From a virus (taxonomy: Duplodnaviria > Caudoviricetes), in the IMG/VR virus record IMGVR_UViG_3300028591_000075, positions 160,001-224,000 of that record: a stretch of 64,000 nucleotides of DNA. The stretch is one strand, 5' to 3'. The translations under genes were made by a program, and so were the position numbers. This document shows positions 46,178 through 55,191 of the stretch, one piece after another (the stretch's first letter is position 1; every line of letters begins with the position of its first letter). The notes beneath the pieces were generated by a model. It was given only the letters and a program-made list of their open reading frames with translations, had not been told where the DNA came from and did no database searches.

Positions 46178-46983
46178 TGTCCAAGGAACTTAGCGCAGGT
46201 TTCATCATTTTCCAGAAGGGGAGCAACAGGCTCCTTGTTTCCCATCCTACCGGAAACCCGAAGGACGGGAAGCATTCCTGGGACATCCCGAAGGGCCATG
46301 TCGAGAATGGCGAGGACCCGCTCGAAGCGGCTCTACGTGAACTGTATGAGGAAACCGGACTTGAACATGTGGAAGATACTTTCGAGATAGGCAGGGTCCC
46401 TTACCGTTCGGATAAGGCTCTCCACCTGTTTAGCGCGTATGTCGATTTCGACATAGGCGACCTGCATTGCGACTCGAAGTTTACCGACAGCTACGGCGTG
46501 GAGAAGCCGGAGGTTGACAGGTATCAGCTTACAGACGACCCGGAACTGCTGTTCAGCAACATGTACTGGTATGCAACCAGGGAAATGCTCCGCAGGAAAC
46601 TCGCCTATGAAGTGACCATCCAAATCACCGATGACGATTTCCCCGACAAGACCTTCCCGTTGGCAAGCATCCTCAGCAACAACTCCATCTTGAAGTACCT
46701 GAACCGGGTGACCGAGGTGACCGAGAAGGGCTGGTGGAAGCCTAATGCCGAATACGATTTCACGATTACAAACGAGGAACTGTTCGGCCGCGGTTTCCAG
46801 GACGACTACCGCACCAACCACATGAAGACGACCAACGAGGAAGTCCATACCGGTCTCCTGTATGCACATCCGGTGGCCGACTTCCCAGGCAGCGCATTGG
46901 ATCCGAAATGCCGCAAGTTGTGGACCATGCACCCATTCCCGTTCGAGGACTGGGCGATGTTCCTTCCCGGTTCAGAGAGGTAG
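46177..46983 (+). CDS. Nudix hydrolase with an unknown C-terminal domain
   Basis: Nudix box WDIPKGHVENGEDPLEAALRELYEETGL. Confidence 0.9.
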   Translation: MSKELSAGFIIFQKGSNRLLVSHPTGNPKDGKHSWDIPKGHVENGEDPLEAALRELYEETGLEHVEDTFEIGRVPYRSDKALHLFSAYVDFDIGDLHCDSKFTDSYGVEKPEVDRYQLTDDPELLFSNMYWYATREMLRRKLAYEVTIQITDDDFPDKTFPLASILSNNSILKYLNRVTEVTEKGWWKPNAEYDFTITNEELFGRGFQDDYRTNHMKTTNEEVHTGLLYAHPVADFPGSALDPKCRKLWTMHPFPFEDWAMFLPGSER

Positions 46984-46986
46984 CAT

Positions 46987-47475
46987 ATGGAAAACGGATT
47001 GAAGCATGTCCTTGAACGCAAGGGCTGGATTAAGGATGAGCCGGAGATGGCCGACAAAAACGAGTACAAGGTGTACACCAGGTGCATCTTGCCACTTGAC
47101 ACGGTGAACCGCAACAACCGCAAGTTCAGCAAGGAAGTTGTCCAGAAGGCGATTGACAAGCTGAAAGGGCAGCCAGTTCCTTGCAGACTAAATATGCCAA
47201 GGGTGGAACACCCGGAACGTATGTTTGAGGTTGACTGGCAGGATATCCAGGGATTTGCCGACCTTTCCATCAAGGACAACCGCCTGATGGCGGAAATGCG
47301 TATCCTGAAAGACAGTGACTTTGGCAAGATCATCTGCCAGGGTCTGGATGATGGAACAATGGTACCCGCCCCGTTTGGCACCGGCGATGCGAATGTGAGC
47401 GACAATGTGGAAGAAATTTCAAATTATACGCTTACCGGCATCGGAATTATTGACAAGAACCGCTCGATTTGGTAA
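46987..47475 (+). CDS. T4 gp21-like prohead protease paralog, probably inactive
   Basis: 'VNRNNRKFSKEVVQKAI', 'EHP', 'MAEMRIL..SDFGKII' follow the gp21/S77 pattern, but the (G)VSSRGxG motif reads VPAPFGTG. Confidence 0.6.
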   Translation: MENGLKHVLERKGWIKDEPEMADKNEYKVYTRCILPLDTVNRNNRKFSKEVVQKAIDKLKGQPVPCRLNMPRVEHPERMFEVDWQDIQGFADLSIKDNRLMAEMRILKDSDFGKIICQGLDDGTMVPAPFGTGDANVSDNVEEISNYTLTGIGIIDKNRSIW

Positions 47476-47484
47476 ATTTCCGAT

Positions 47485-47811
47485 ATGCGTTTATCTGTTC
47501 AGAAAGCCGATAAGTTATTGGATAAAGTGCTGCTCGGGTGCATTGCCACCGTGGGCAGCCTTATGGGGCTATGCATCCTATATACGATTCTTGGTACTAT
47601 CTACGTTAACCTGCCCGAATTCGTAATTGGCGCCTTAAAGACCATTGGCGTATCGGCTGTTGTGATATTGATTGCTGTACTATGTTTCAAGTTTTCGGCA
47701 GTTCGGATAATCACAAAGGGCGTCTTGGCCATCGTGGGGGTGACCGGCACCGTTTACATAATTTACTGCCTGGTGCTGTTTGCATTGGACGGAGGGTTTG
47801 CAATCAAATGA
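47485..47811 (+). CDS. Small membrane protein (3 TM)
   Basis: Three hydrophobic stretches; ATGA overlap with the next gene. Confidence 0.6.
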   Translation: MRLSVQKADKLLDKVLLGCIATVGSLMGLCILYTILGTIYVNLPEFVIGALKTIGVSAVVILIAVLCFKFSAVRIITKGVLAIVGVTGTVYIIYCLVLFALDGGFAIK

Positions 47812-48635
47812 AGGCTCTGATTCTTTCTGACATTCACATCGATTTCCAGTATGAGTATGCCATCTTCCCGGTGAAGGATGACTACACTGACGAAGAATGC
47901 TTACAGTCGTTCAACCGCTGGTGGGACATGATGCAGTTCCCCGAGGCCGACGTGCTCCTGAGTGCCGGCGACTTTTCCAACGACTACCGCACGTTCCAGC
48001 AGTTCATGAAGTTCATTTCCGGAAAGTACAAGGACGTTTATATCGTACTCGGCAACCATGACCTCGTGGTCAAGGGTGCCACCCCGTCCAAGTCCAATCA
48101 GGAATTCAAGACATCCGAGGACAAGATTGCCGCCATGCGGGCCTTCCTGGAGAAGAAGTGTCCAAATGTGCACCTACTCGAAGGCGACACGCTGAACGGC
48201 ATCGCCGGGTGCATGGGCATGTGCAAGTTGGTGCCTACTGACCATCTACGCTGGAAGCGCCACTGGTTCGACGGTGTGCACTGGAAGTACATGGACATGC
48301 AGCCGGAGACCATCTGGAACCATTACCGCGAAACGATGAACAATCTCATCGCCACGCAGCCGAAGGTCATGATGACACACTATGCACCCTATGAGATGGG
48401 TGTCGCGTTCGAGTACCGTCTGGACAGGAATACCCCGTTCTTCTACTTTGACGGAAAGGAATTCCTGGAGCAGATGCCGGACGACTCCTACTGGATTTGC
48501 GGCCATGTCCACAACGTGTTCTCCACCGAATACACCAAGGAAAACGGTGGCATTGTCCATATCCGCGCCAACCCACACGGCTATCCGGGTGAACGGTCCT
48601 ATAACCGCATGAAGGATTTTGTAATCGAACTATAA
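47808..48635 (+). CDS. Calcineurin-like metallophosphoesterase
   Basis: SDIH, AGD, GNHD, THYAP and GHVH motifs; start reassigned to 47808. Confidence 0.9.
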   Translation: MKALILSDIHIDFQYEYAIFPVKDDYTDEECLQSFNRWWDMMQFPEADVLLSAGDFSNDYRTFQQFMKFISGKYKDVYIVLGNHDLVVKGATPSKSNQEFKTSEDKIAAMRAFLEKKCPNVHLLEGDTLNGIAGCMGMCKLVPTDHLRWKRHWFDGVHWKYMDMQPETIWNHYRETMNNLIATQPKVMMTHYAPYEMGVAFEYRLDRNTPFFYFDGKEFLEQMPDDSYWICGHVHNVFSTEYTKENGGIVHIRANPHGYPGERSYNRMKDFVIEL

Positions 48636-48645
48636 AGGAAAGCTA

Positions 48646-49761
48646 ATGAATTATCAGTACATTCACAATCCACTCGGCATGGCCGGTCTCTACATCTCCT
48701 ACGGGCACGTTGGCGCCGTCAGCGAGAAGGCCGGCAAGTATGGTACCTCGCACCTCATGGAACACATGATTTGCAAGAACACGGACTCCATGCGAGACAA
48801 GTTGCAGGAGAACGGCATCTTTTCCAACGCCTTTACTGGCACCGACAAGGTGGTCGTACACGTGACCGGCCTCGCCGACCGCATGAAGATGTTCATGCAG
48901 GAATTTGTCGAAAAGCTCATCGGACCCATTGACGCTATCACCGAGGAACAGTTCCTGAACGAACGTCGGACCGTCCTCAACGAATATGGCGACAACTTCA
49001 TCGATCCTGCTCAGGTTGCCCTGTACAATGCGATGCGCAAGCATTTCGGTTGCTATTTGGCCATTGGCCGCGAAGAAGACATCAAGGCGTTCACCTTCGA
49101 TGATTACAAGCAGTCCTACAATGAAGTCTTCAACAAGCCGGACAGCATCATCTATATCGGTCCCGAAGATCCGCACCTGGCCATTCCGGTGTATCCGTCA
49201 GTTAAAGGCCTCCCGAACACCTACAAGTACACCGAAAACTCAGGTGAAGCGCTTGTCCCGGTTACCGAAAACGGTCGTTCCCAGTTCATTATCTTCCCGA
49301 AGGAACCGGTGGATACCTTGCATGCTGCATCTGCCGCTATCGCATTCAAGATGCTCGCGTCCGGCCTCAATTCCCCTCTGAACATGGAAGCCCGCGAAAA
49401 TCGCGGTCTCACCTATGGTGTCGGCGGTTTCATCAACTCCGTCGGGACAACCTATATCCCGACCATCTTCACCAGTACGGAAGTCGAAACGAAGAATGAA
49501 CTCCTCGATGTCATGATGGACGTATTCGGAAACCTTGACAAGTACCTTACCGAGGAACGTTTCAATACCGTCAAGGGAATGGTTATGGCCAAGAAGCAGA
49601 AGCATTCCATTCTTCTTTACGACAACCCGGATGCCCCGATCAAACAGGCCCTTGGCTTCATTGACGAGGATAAGGGCGTTGAATCTCTCACCTTCGACAT
49701 GGCCATGCGTGCGGCGAAGAAATACTTCTCCCCGGATGCACTCGGCGTATATGTCGAATAA
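48646..49761 (+). CDS. M16 (insulinase) family metallopeptidase
   Basis: GTSHLMEHM (HxxEH), NAFT, ERRTVLNE and RENRGLTY motifs. Confidence 0.9.
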   Translation: MNYQYIHNPLGMAGLYISYGHVGAVSEKAGKYGTSHLMEHMICKNTDSMRDKLQENGIFSNAFTGTDKVVVHVTGLADRMKMFMQEFVEKLIGPIDAITEEQFLNERRTVLNEYGDNFIDPAQVALYNAMRKHFGCYLAIGREEDIKAFTFDDYKQSYNEVFNKPDSIIYIGPEDPHLAIPVYPSVKGLPNTYKYTENSGEALVPVTENGRSQFIIFPKEPVDTLHAASAAIAFKMLASGLNSPLNMEARENRGLTYGVGGFINSVGTTYIPTIFTSTEVETKNELLDVMMDVFGNLDKYLTEERFNTVKGMVMAKKQKHSILLYDNPDAPIKQALGFIDEDKGVESLTFDMAMRAAKKYFSPDALGVYVE

Positions 49762-49777
49762 CCCATAGGAGTCAAAT

Positions 49778-50071
49778 ATGACTAGCGAAGAAATCAAGCA
49801 GAATGGTGACCTTCTCCTGAAGGCCATCAACGAAGCGGATGCCGCCTACGAGGCATTCCGCGTGGCCAAGGCCAAGAAGTTCCTTGACCAGGCCTGTCCC
49901 CTCAATCCGCCCGCCGGCTACAAGAAGCCGACGGAAGCAACCATTCTCGCCACCATTGACGCTGACGAGAACATTGCCCGTCTCCGCGTGGAAGCCGACA
50001 AGAAGGCCGCTATCGCAAGCGTTGCCAAGTTGGTGTTCCAGGCTGAAACCGCGGCGATGAACGCAAAGTAG
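49778..50071 (+). CDS. Helical hypothetical protein (weakly UvsY-like)
   Basis: AGGAG RBS; 'KKPTEATILATIDADENI' pattern. Confidence 0.5.
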   Translation: MTSEEIKQNGDLLLKAINEADAAYEAFRVAKAKKFLDQACPLNPPAGYKKPTEATILATIDADENIARLRVEADKKAAIASVAKLVFQAETAAMNAK

Positions 50072-50078
50072 GTAGCCC

Positions 50079-50744
50079 ATGTATTTTCTGAATGCCCGGA
50101 ATGTTCCCGAGTTTGCCATGTACGCGACAAGGAAGGAGGCAGAAATTGCCAAGATTCCTCTTGCCGGCGGGCCGGCGATTTCTCAACGTTTCCTCACGAA
50201 ACCGGAACTGCTGGAGAAGTTCCCCTTCATCCGGCATGTCGATTGCGAGAAGACGACGGACTGGGAGCATCCGGTATTCAGTGAAACGGGGACCTTCCTC
50301 GACTGCATACCCAACGGGTGGCAGAAACCATGGTTCATGGAAACCATGCTCATGTCCTTGAAGGCTGCCATCCAGGCGGACGGAATGGACATGGATAGGA
50401 TCTACATGACCGATGCCAAGGAGAAGTACGGTTCGCTCCGCATGGACTTCTCGACACCGGTTACCGAGGGCCATGCGTTCTCGGATATGTGCCTCGCCTG
50501 GGAGGAACTTGCCGGCTATTTCTGCTGCATGTGCGGCAAGCCGCATGTCTCCATTTCCAGGGGATGGATTTGCCCGTACTGCAAGGATTGCTGGGACGGC
50601 ATAAACGGCCCGTTCACCGAGGCGCCATTGGAAAACCCCAAGATTAGCACCTGGGAAAACGGCGAGAGGGTTGAACGAGTTATCGACCTGAAACCACTTT
50701 TTGACAAGGTGGTCAGTGCCTGGGAGGACACAAATGTTAAGTAA
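50079..50744 (+). CDS. Conserved phage protein with a KEKYGxLR motif and a C4 Zn ribbon
   Basis: IPNGW...AKEKYGSLR...CCMCGKP...GWICPYCKDC. Confidence 0.65.
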   Translation: MYFLNARNVPEFAMYATRKEAEIAKIPLAGGPAISQRFLTKPELLEKFPFIRHVDCEKTTDWEHPVFSETGTFLDCIPNGWQKPWFMETMLMSLKAAIQADGMDMDRIYMTDAKEKYGSLRMDFSTPVTEGHAFSDMCLAWEELAGYFCCMCGKPHVSISRGWICPYCKDCWDGINGPFTEAPLENPKISTWENGERVERVIDLKPLFDKVVSAWEDTNVK

Positions 50745-50988
50745 ACTTTACATTGTTTTGGCACTCGCGATTGCCGGTTTCCTGGCAGGCTGCAGCAGCA
50801 ACGTGGAACACTGGGAAGACCACGAGCGCATAGTCGAGATTGTCGATATCGACGGCGATTTCAGAATCTATTGCGACAAGACTACCAACATGGCCTACCT
50901 GTTCTATGTCGCGGGCCACAGGTCCGCAATCACGTCCTATCTCAATGCCGACGGCAACCCGGCCCGGTGCAACGAGGTTAGACGATAA
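50734..50988 (+). CDS. Small lipoprotein
   Basis: Signal peptide with LAGC lipobox; start reassigned to 50734. Confidence 0.7.
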   Translation: MLSKLYIVLALAIAGFLAGCSSNVEHWEDHERIVEIVDIDGDFRIYCDKTTNMAYLFYVAGHRSAITSYLNADGNPARCNEVRR

Positions 50989-50997
50989 ACTGCGGGC

Positions 50998-52140
50998 ATG
51001 AGTAAATCACCTAACAAATGGATAAATTGCGCCATCCCAGGGGTGGCGTTAACTACATGTATCGGATCCGTCTACTGCTGGTCGCAGTTCTCGGCGAACC
51101 TGATGCAGACATTTAACATTACCCGGTTCCAGACGGACATCGGGTTCACCCTGATTATCTTCTTCCTGGGCATGTGTGCGGCGATTTTCGGTAGCACTAT
51201 CGAGAAGAACCCGCGCCTCGGTGCCTGGCTCTCCACCATCATCTTCATCACGGGCTTCCTGATGCTCGGTACCGCTGTCACCATACAGTGCTTGCCGGCC
51301 TTCTATATTGCCACGGCAATCATAGGCGCCGGTACGGGTATCGGTTACGTCACACCCGTAAAGACCCTCATGGCCTTCTTTGCCGACCATAAGGGGATGG
51401 CGTCCGGACTGGCGATTACCGGCTTCGGACTGGCAAAGTTCATCGCTTCCCCGGTTATCGAGTGGCTGCTTGCCACCGTGTCCTTGGCGAACATGTTCTA
51501 CATCATGGGTGGAATATATGCCGCGGTGATGGTGGGGTCGTCCCTGCTTCTCCGCAAGTACCCATACATGGCACAGGAATACGGCAGTTCGGACTTCCGG
51601 TACGGGGACCTGCTGAAACGCAAGGAATGGTGGGCAATCTGGTTCATGTTCATGACCAACATTAGCTGCGGCCTGGCCATCATTTCCCAGGAGAAGATGT
51701 TGCTTCTCGGTTTGGGAATAGCCTCCGTCGCGGCAATCCTCTCGGGAACCGCGTTGTCCAATGCGGGTGGCCGTATCGGCTTCTCGACCCTCAGTGACAA
51801 GATCGGGCGCAAGGCCAGCTACCACTTCGTATGTTCCTTCGGCATCATGGGTGCCCTGTTCTGCATCACGGGCAACCCGGTCATGAGCGTCATTGGTATC
51901 CTCCTGTGCGAGGCTGCCTACGGTGGCAATTTCAGTGTCCTCCCGAGCCTTCTTGCACGCAGGTTCGGGATGACCAACGCCTCCCGCATACACTCGCTCA
52001 CGCTTACCGGATGGAGCGTAGGCGGCATCTTCGGACCCCTGCTTGCCAATACGTTCACGGGCACATCACTATACCTGGTACTCGCCATCCTGTACTTCAT
52101 CGCGTTTTCCGTGATGGAGATGAATGTAAAGAAAGGTTAA
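50998..52140 (+). CDS. MFS transporter, oxalate:formate antiporter (OFA) family
   Basis: About 12 TM helices; GSVYCWS, GIGYVTPVKTLMAFFADHKGMASGLAITGFG, GRIGFSTLSDKIGR and YGGNFSVLPSLL motifs. Confidence 0.85.
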   Translation: MSKSPNKWINCAIPGVALTTCIGSVYCWSQFSANLMQTFNITRFQTDIGFTLIIFFLGMCAAIFGSTIEKNPRLGAWLSTIIFITGFLMLGTAVTIQCLPAFYIATAIIGAGTGIGYVTPVKTLMAFFADHKGMASGLAITGFGLAKFIASPVIEWLLATVSLANMFYIMGGIYAAVMVGSSLLLRKYPYMAQEYGSSDFRYGDLLKRKEWWAIWFMFMTNISCGLAIISQEKMLLLGLGIASVAAILSGTALSNAGGRIGFSTLSDKIGRKASYHFVCSFGIMGALFCITGNPVMSVIGILLCEAAYGGNFSVLPSLLARRFGMTNASRIHSLTLTGWSVGGIFGPLLANTFTGTSLYLVLAILYFIAFSVMEMNVKKG

Positions 52141-52162
52141 ATAATTATCCTGTGCGCATTTG

Positions 52163-52191
52163 GAGCCCGGTTGCCATTGGCACCGGGCTTT
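52163..52191 (+). terminator. Hairpin/terminator adjoining the next promoter
   Basis: GAGCCCGGT-t-GCC-att-GGC-ACCGGGCTT-T. Confidence 0.6.
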
Positions 52192-52205
52192 GCTACATTT
52201 GGGAC

Positions 52206-53420
52206 ATGGCAAAGAAGACACAATATCTAGTATCCGGTTCGGCCTACACTCCTGTAGGCGATTTGAGAAATGTGACAAGCAGCCTGGAACCCGCTGTTTA
52301 TGAAATCAAGAGCGAAGCCTTCCGAGGCACGTTCCTGCAAATCCGTGAAAACGTGGACACTTCCGTCCCCGCCAAGATTTATGGTCGCATCCCTGGGATG
52401 CTCGCCAAGACCTTCCGTACCTTCGAGCGTCGCGACAAGAGCACCGGCGTACTCCTCTCCGGCGAACGCGGCATGGGCAAGTCCATGTTCGCCCGTCTGG
52501 CCGTTTCCGAGGCGTTGAAGCGCAGGATCCCGGTAGTCCTCCTCACCGGTAGCTGCGGCGTGGACGATGCAGTGGAAATCATCAACCAGATTACCCAGCC
52601 GATTGTCGTGGTCATGGACGAGTTCGAGAAGAACTTCCCCATGGAGGCGGATGACAACGACGATGACGAAAAGAAGGGTAAGCAGCAGAAATTCCTGTCC
52701 ATGCTCGACGGCATGGGCTCGTCCGAAAAGCGCCTGTTCATCGCCACGGTGAACGACACTTCCGACCTGAGCACGTTCTTCCTGAACCGTCCCGGACGCT
52801 TCTTCTACCATTTCGAGTTCAACACTCTCACCCACGAGGAAATGCGCGAGTACCTCGAAGGCGAATGCGACCGCAAGATTGTCAAGAAGAAGACCATCGA
52901 CTACGCGGTGGCCTGCATGGGGACGTATGCCATCAACTATGACGGCATTGCCGCCATCGTGGAGGAACTGAACAGCGGTTCCCCCATCGAGGAGGCGCTT
53001 ACCGACCTCAACCTTGACCGCAAGGGTGACGATGCGTACGTGTTCAGCATCCGCATAAACGGCGCCGAATACACCTGCGAGAAGTGGTCCAGTCTGAACG
53101 ACATCCGCGAGGAAACCAGCCGTGCCGAATACTTCTACCTCAAGGAGGGGGTGCATGGCAATGTGGGCCGCATCGGCAAGTCCGACATTCCAGGTTCCAC
53201 GCTCATTATCCGGTATGACGGTACCGGCATGAAGCTGAACAAGGACGGTGTCGCGGTAATCCCGCGCAGTGCAATCCGCTCCATCGACCTGGACGACTGC
53301 TTTATTAAGAAGGGACGTACCGAGGTCAAGAAGGTTAGACCTGACGAACTGGGCAGCGTTGGCGACATCGTGCTCAACCCGATCAAGAGTGGTCCAAGGG
53401 CACTCTACCTGGATGTCTAA
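52206..53420 (+). CDS. AAA+ ATPase
   Basis: Walker A GERGMGKS, Walker B VVVMDEFEK, FLSMLDG and NRPGRF. Start reassigned to 52206 (TGcTACATT + 6 nt). Confidence 0.9.
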   Translation: MAKKTQYLVSGSAYTPVGDLRNVTSSLEPAVYEIKSEAFRGTFLQIRENVDTSVPAKIYGRIPGMLAKTFRTFERRDKSTGVLLSGERGMGKSMFARLAVSEALKRRIPVVLLTGSCGVDDAVEIINQITQPIVVVMDEFEKNFPMEADDNDDDEKKGKQQKFLSMLDGMGSSEKRLFIATVNDTSDLSTFFLNRPGRFFYHFEFNTLTHEEMREYLEGECDRKIVKKKTIDYAVACMGTYAINYDGIAAIVEELNSGSPIEEALTDLNLDRKGDDAYVFSIRINGAEYTCEKWSSLNDIREETSRAEYFYLKEGVHGNVGRIGKSDIPGSTLIIRYDGTGMKLNKDGVAVIPRSAIRSIDLDDCFIKKGRTEVKKVRPDELGSVGDIVLNPIKSGPRALYLDV

Positions 53421-53513
53421 TTCAGATGAGGTGGATAAAAGAGTGACCGCGTCAATAAGGCAATCTGACAGGTAAGAATTCTCCAGCTTTTCTTTAACCG
53501 ACTTTAGAATATA

Positions 53514-54494
53514 ATGACCAAGAACCGCAATTTACGCGAAGCGAAGACTGCCAAGAACGACGAGTTCTACACCAGTTATAGCGACGTATCCAAAGAGATG
53601 AAGGCGCTGTTCGAACGCGACCCCGGCTTTTTCACCAACCGCACCGTTTTGTGCCCGTGCAACGACCTTGAACATCCGGGGTTTCGTGACTTCTTCATCG
53701 ACAACTTCCAGACTCTGGGTATCCGCAGGCTCACCTGTACCAGCTATGCCCCTGGCCATTGCGGCCACGCGGAGACGGTTACCCTCAACCGTGGCGGTTA
53801 CCTCAATGTTGTCCGCTGGGTGCTGGATGGCGACGGGGACTTCCGTTCCCCGGAAATCACGAAGTTCATGCAGCACTCCGACCTGGTCGTGACCAACCCC
53901 CCTTTCAGCTGTTTCCGGGAATTCGTGGACTGGGCGGACGGCGCCGGCAAGGACTTCTATATAATCGGAAACAAGAACTGTGTCAACTACAACGAGGTGT
54001 TCCGCAAGATGCGTTCCGGCAGGATCCAGCTTGGCATCACTTCCCCGGACGAGTTCGAGACGACGGAAGGCAATACCAAGAAGGTCACCGGTCTTTGTAG
54101 GTGGTACACGACCATGTCTGTTCCCCGGAAGGAAGGCGAACGCGGTATCTATCTGAAGGCTACCTACGATCCGGCGAAATACCCTACGTTCGAAAATTTC
54201 GACGCGATTAACATCGACAGAGTTTCTGACATCCCGAAGGACTACTACGGGGTGATGGGTGTCCCGATTACGTTCTTCGACCATTTCGATCCGAAGCAGT
54301 TTGAGGTTCTTGGCCGGAGCGGGGACACAGTATGGGTATTCAATGAGTGCAAGTTCTTTACGCCCCCACCGGAGGAACGCCAGAAGGCGTACAAGGCCTA
54401 CTACAAGAACTGGCGGGTACAGAACAGCTATCTGCTCGACGAGAACGGGATGCCGAAGTGTATCTATTACAGAGTTTTCGTAAGGAGGAAATGA
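53514..54494 (+). CDS. Adenine-specific DNA methyltransferase, EcoRI-methylase family
   Basis: AKNDEFYT, GDGDFRSPE, VVTNPPFS and GVMGVPITF motifs. Confidence 0.88.
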   Translation: MTKNRNLREAKTAKNDEFYTSYSDVSKEMKALFERDPGFFTNRTVLCPCNDLEHPGFRDFFIDNFQTLGIRRLTCTSYAPGHCGHAETVTLNRGGYLNVVRWVLDGDGDFRSPEITKFMQHSDLVVTNPPFSCFREFVDWADGAGKDFYIIGNKNCVNYNEVFRKMRSGRIQLGITSPDEFETTEGNTKKVTGLCRWYTTMSVPRKEGERGIYLKATYDPAKYPTFENFDAINIDRVSDIPKDYYGVMGVPITFFDHFDPKQFEVLGRSGDTVWVFNECKFFTPPPEERQKAYKAYYKNWRVQNSYLLDENGMPKCIYYRVFVRRK

Positions 54495-54495
54495 T

Positions 54496-54521
54496 GGGGC
54501 GGAGAAAATTCGCCCCGTTTT
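54496..54521 (+). terminator. Intrinsic terminator
   Basis: GGGGCGGA-gaaaa-TTCGCCCC-GTTTT. Confidence 0.7.
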
Positions 54522-54563
54522 CCGTTTTTACCTACAAAGAATAAAATAAATTACTATATTTAT

Positions 54564-54589
54564 TCCAGAGTTATTAACTCCAGAGTTAA
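54564..54589. promoter_or_regulatory. Operator-like repeat downstream of a TATATT -10 element
   Basis: Direct repeat TCCAGAGTTA x2 and nested inverted repeat TTAACTC-ca-GAGTTAA. Confidence 0.4.
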
Positions 54590-54600
54590 AAGGACCTCCC

Positions 54601-55191
54601 ATGAAGAATTTGATACTGGTCATTGGCCGTTCAGGCTCCGGCAAGGACACCCTTGTCCGCTACGCGACAAACGCATTGAAAGATTTCCACAAGATTGTAT
54701 CGGTGCCATCCTATACGGACAGGCCCATCAGGCCAACCGAGACCCAAGGAGTAGAACATACATTCCTTACCGGGGAAGAATTCGACGACGTGCTGAAGCA
54801 TGAGACCATATTCGCCTACACGAAGATAGGCGAAACCGGCTACAGGTACTGTTCCACGGTGGAAATGCTTGAACGCCTTGACGGCGACACCATCTTCTAT
54901 GTAATCGACCCGAACGGCTACGATTACTGTTCCAATTTCAAGGACAGGTTCAACATGAAGGTGGTCTATATCCGGACATCCGGCAACATCAGGGAACAGA
55001 GGGCCAATGTGCGCAACGGTGACAATTTTACCTGGAAGAAGCGCAGTGCGGACGAGGATGAACAGTTCACCCGGTTCGAAGAATTGGCTCCCTGGGATGC
55101 CTGCATTTCCAACGACGGTGCCCTCGTAACTGCCGAAAACGCCTTCGTACACGCAATCAGCGACTTTCTGAACGGGGCCAAGAATGGATAA
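54601..55191 (+). CDS. gmk: Guanylate kinase-like nucleotide kinase
   Basis: GRSGSGKDT, SYTDRPIRPTETQGVEHTF and YVIDPNG motifs. Confidence 0.8.
   Translation: MKNLILVIGRSGSGKDTLVRYATNALKDFHKIVSVPSYTDRPIRPTETQGVEHTFLTGEEFDDVLKHETIFAYTKIGETGYRYCSTVEMLERLDGDTIFYVIDPNGYDYCSNFKDRFNMKVVYIRTSGNIREQRANVRNGDNFTWKKRSADEDEQFTRFEELAPWDACISNDGALVTAENAFVHAISDFLNGAKNG

Noticed and set aside
51831-52205. Long N-terminal extensions in the ORF track for the AAA ATPase (also 25125, 35575, 47682, 56392, 57271, 58732, 60826)
   Set aside because: The extensions overlap upstream genes or terminators; downstream starts have an RBS, translational coupling or the -10 + 6 nt pattern.
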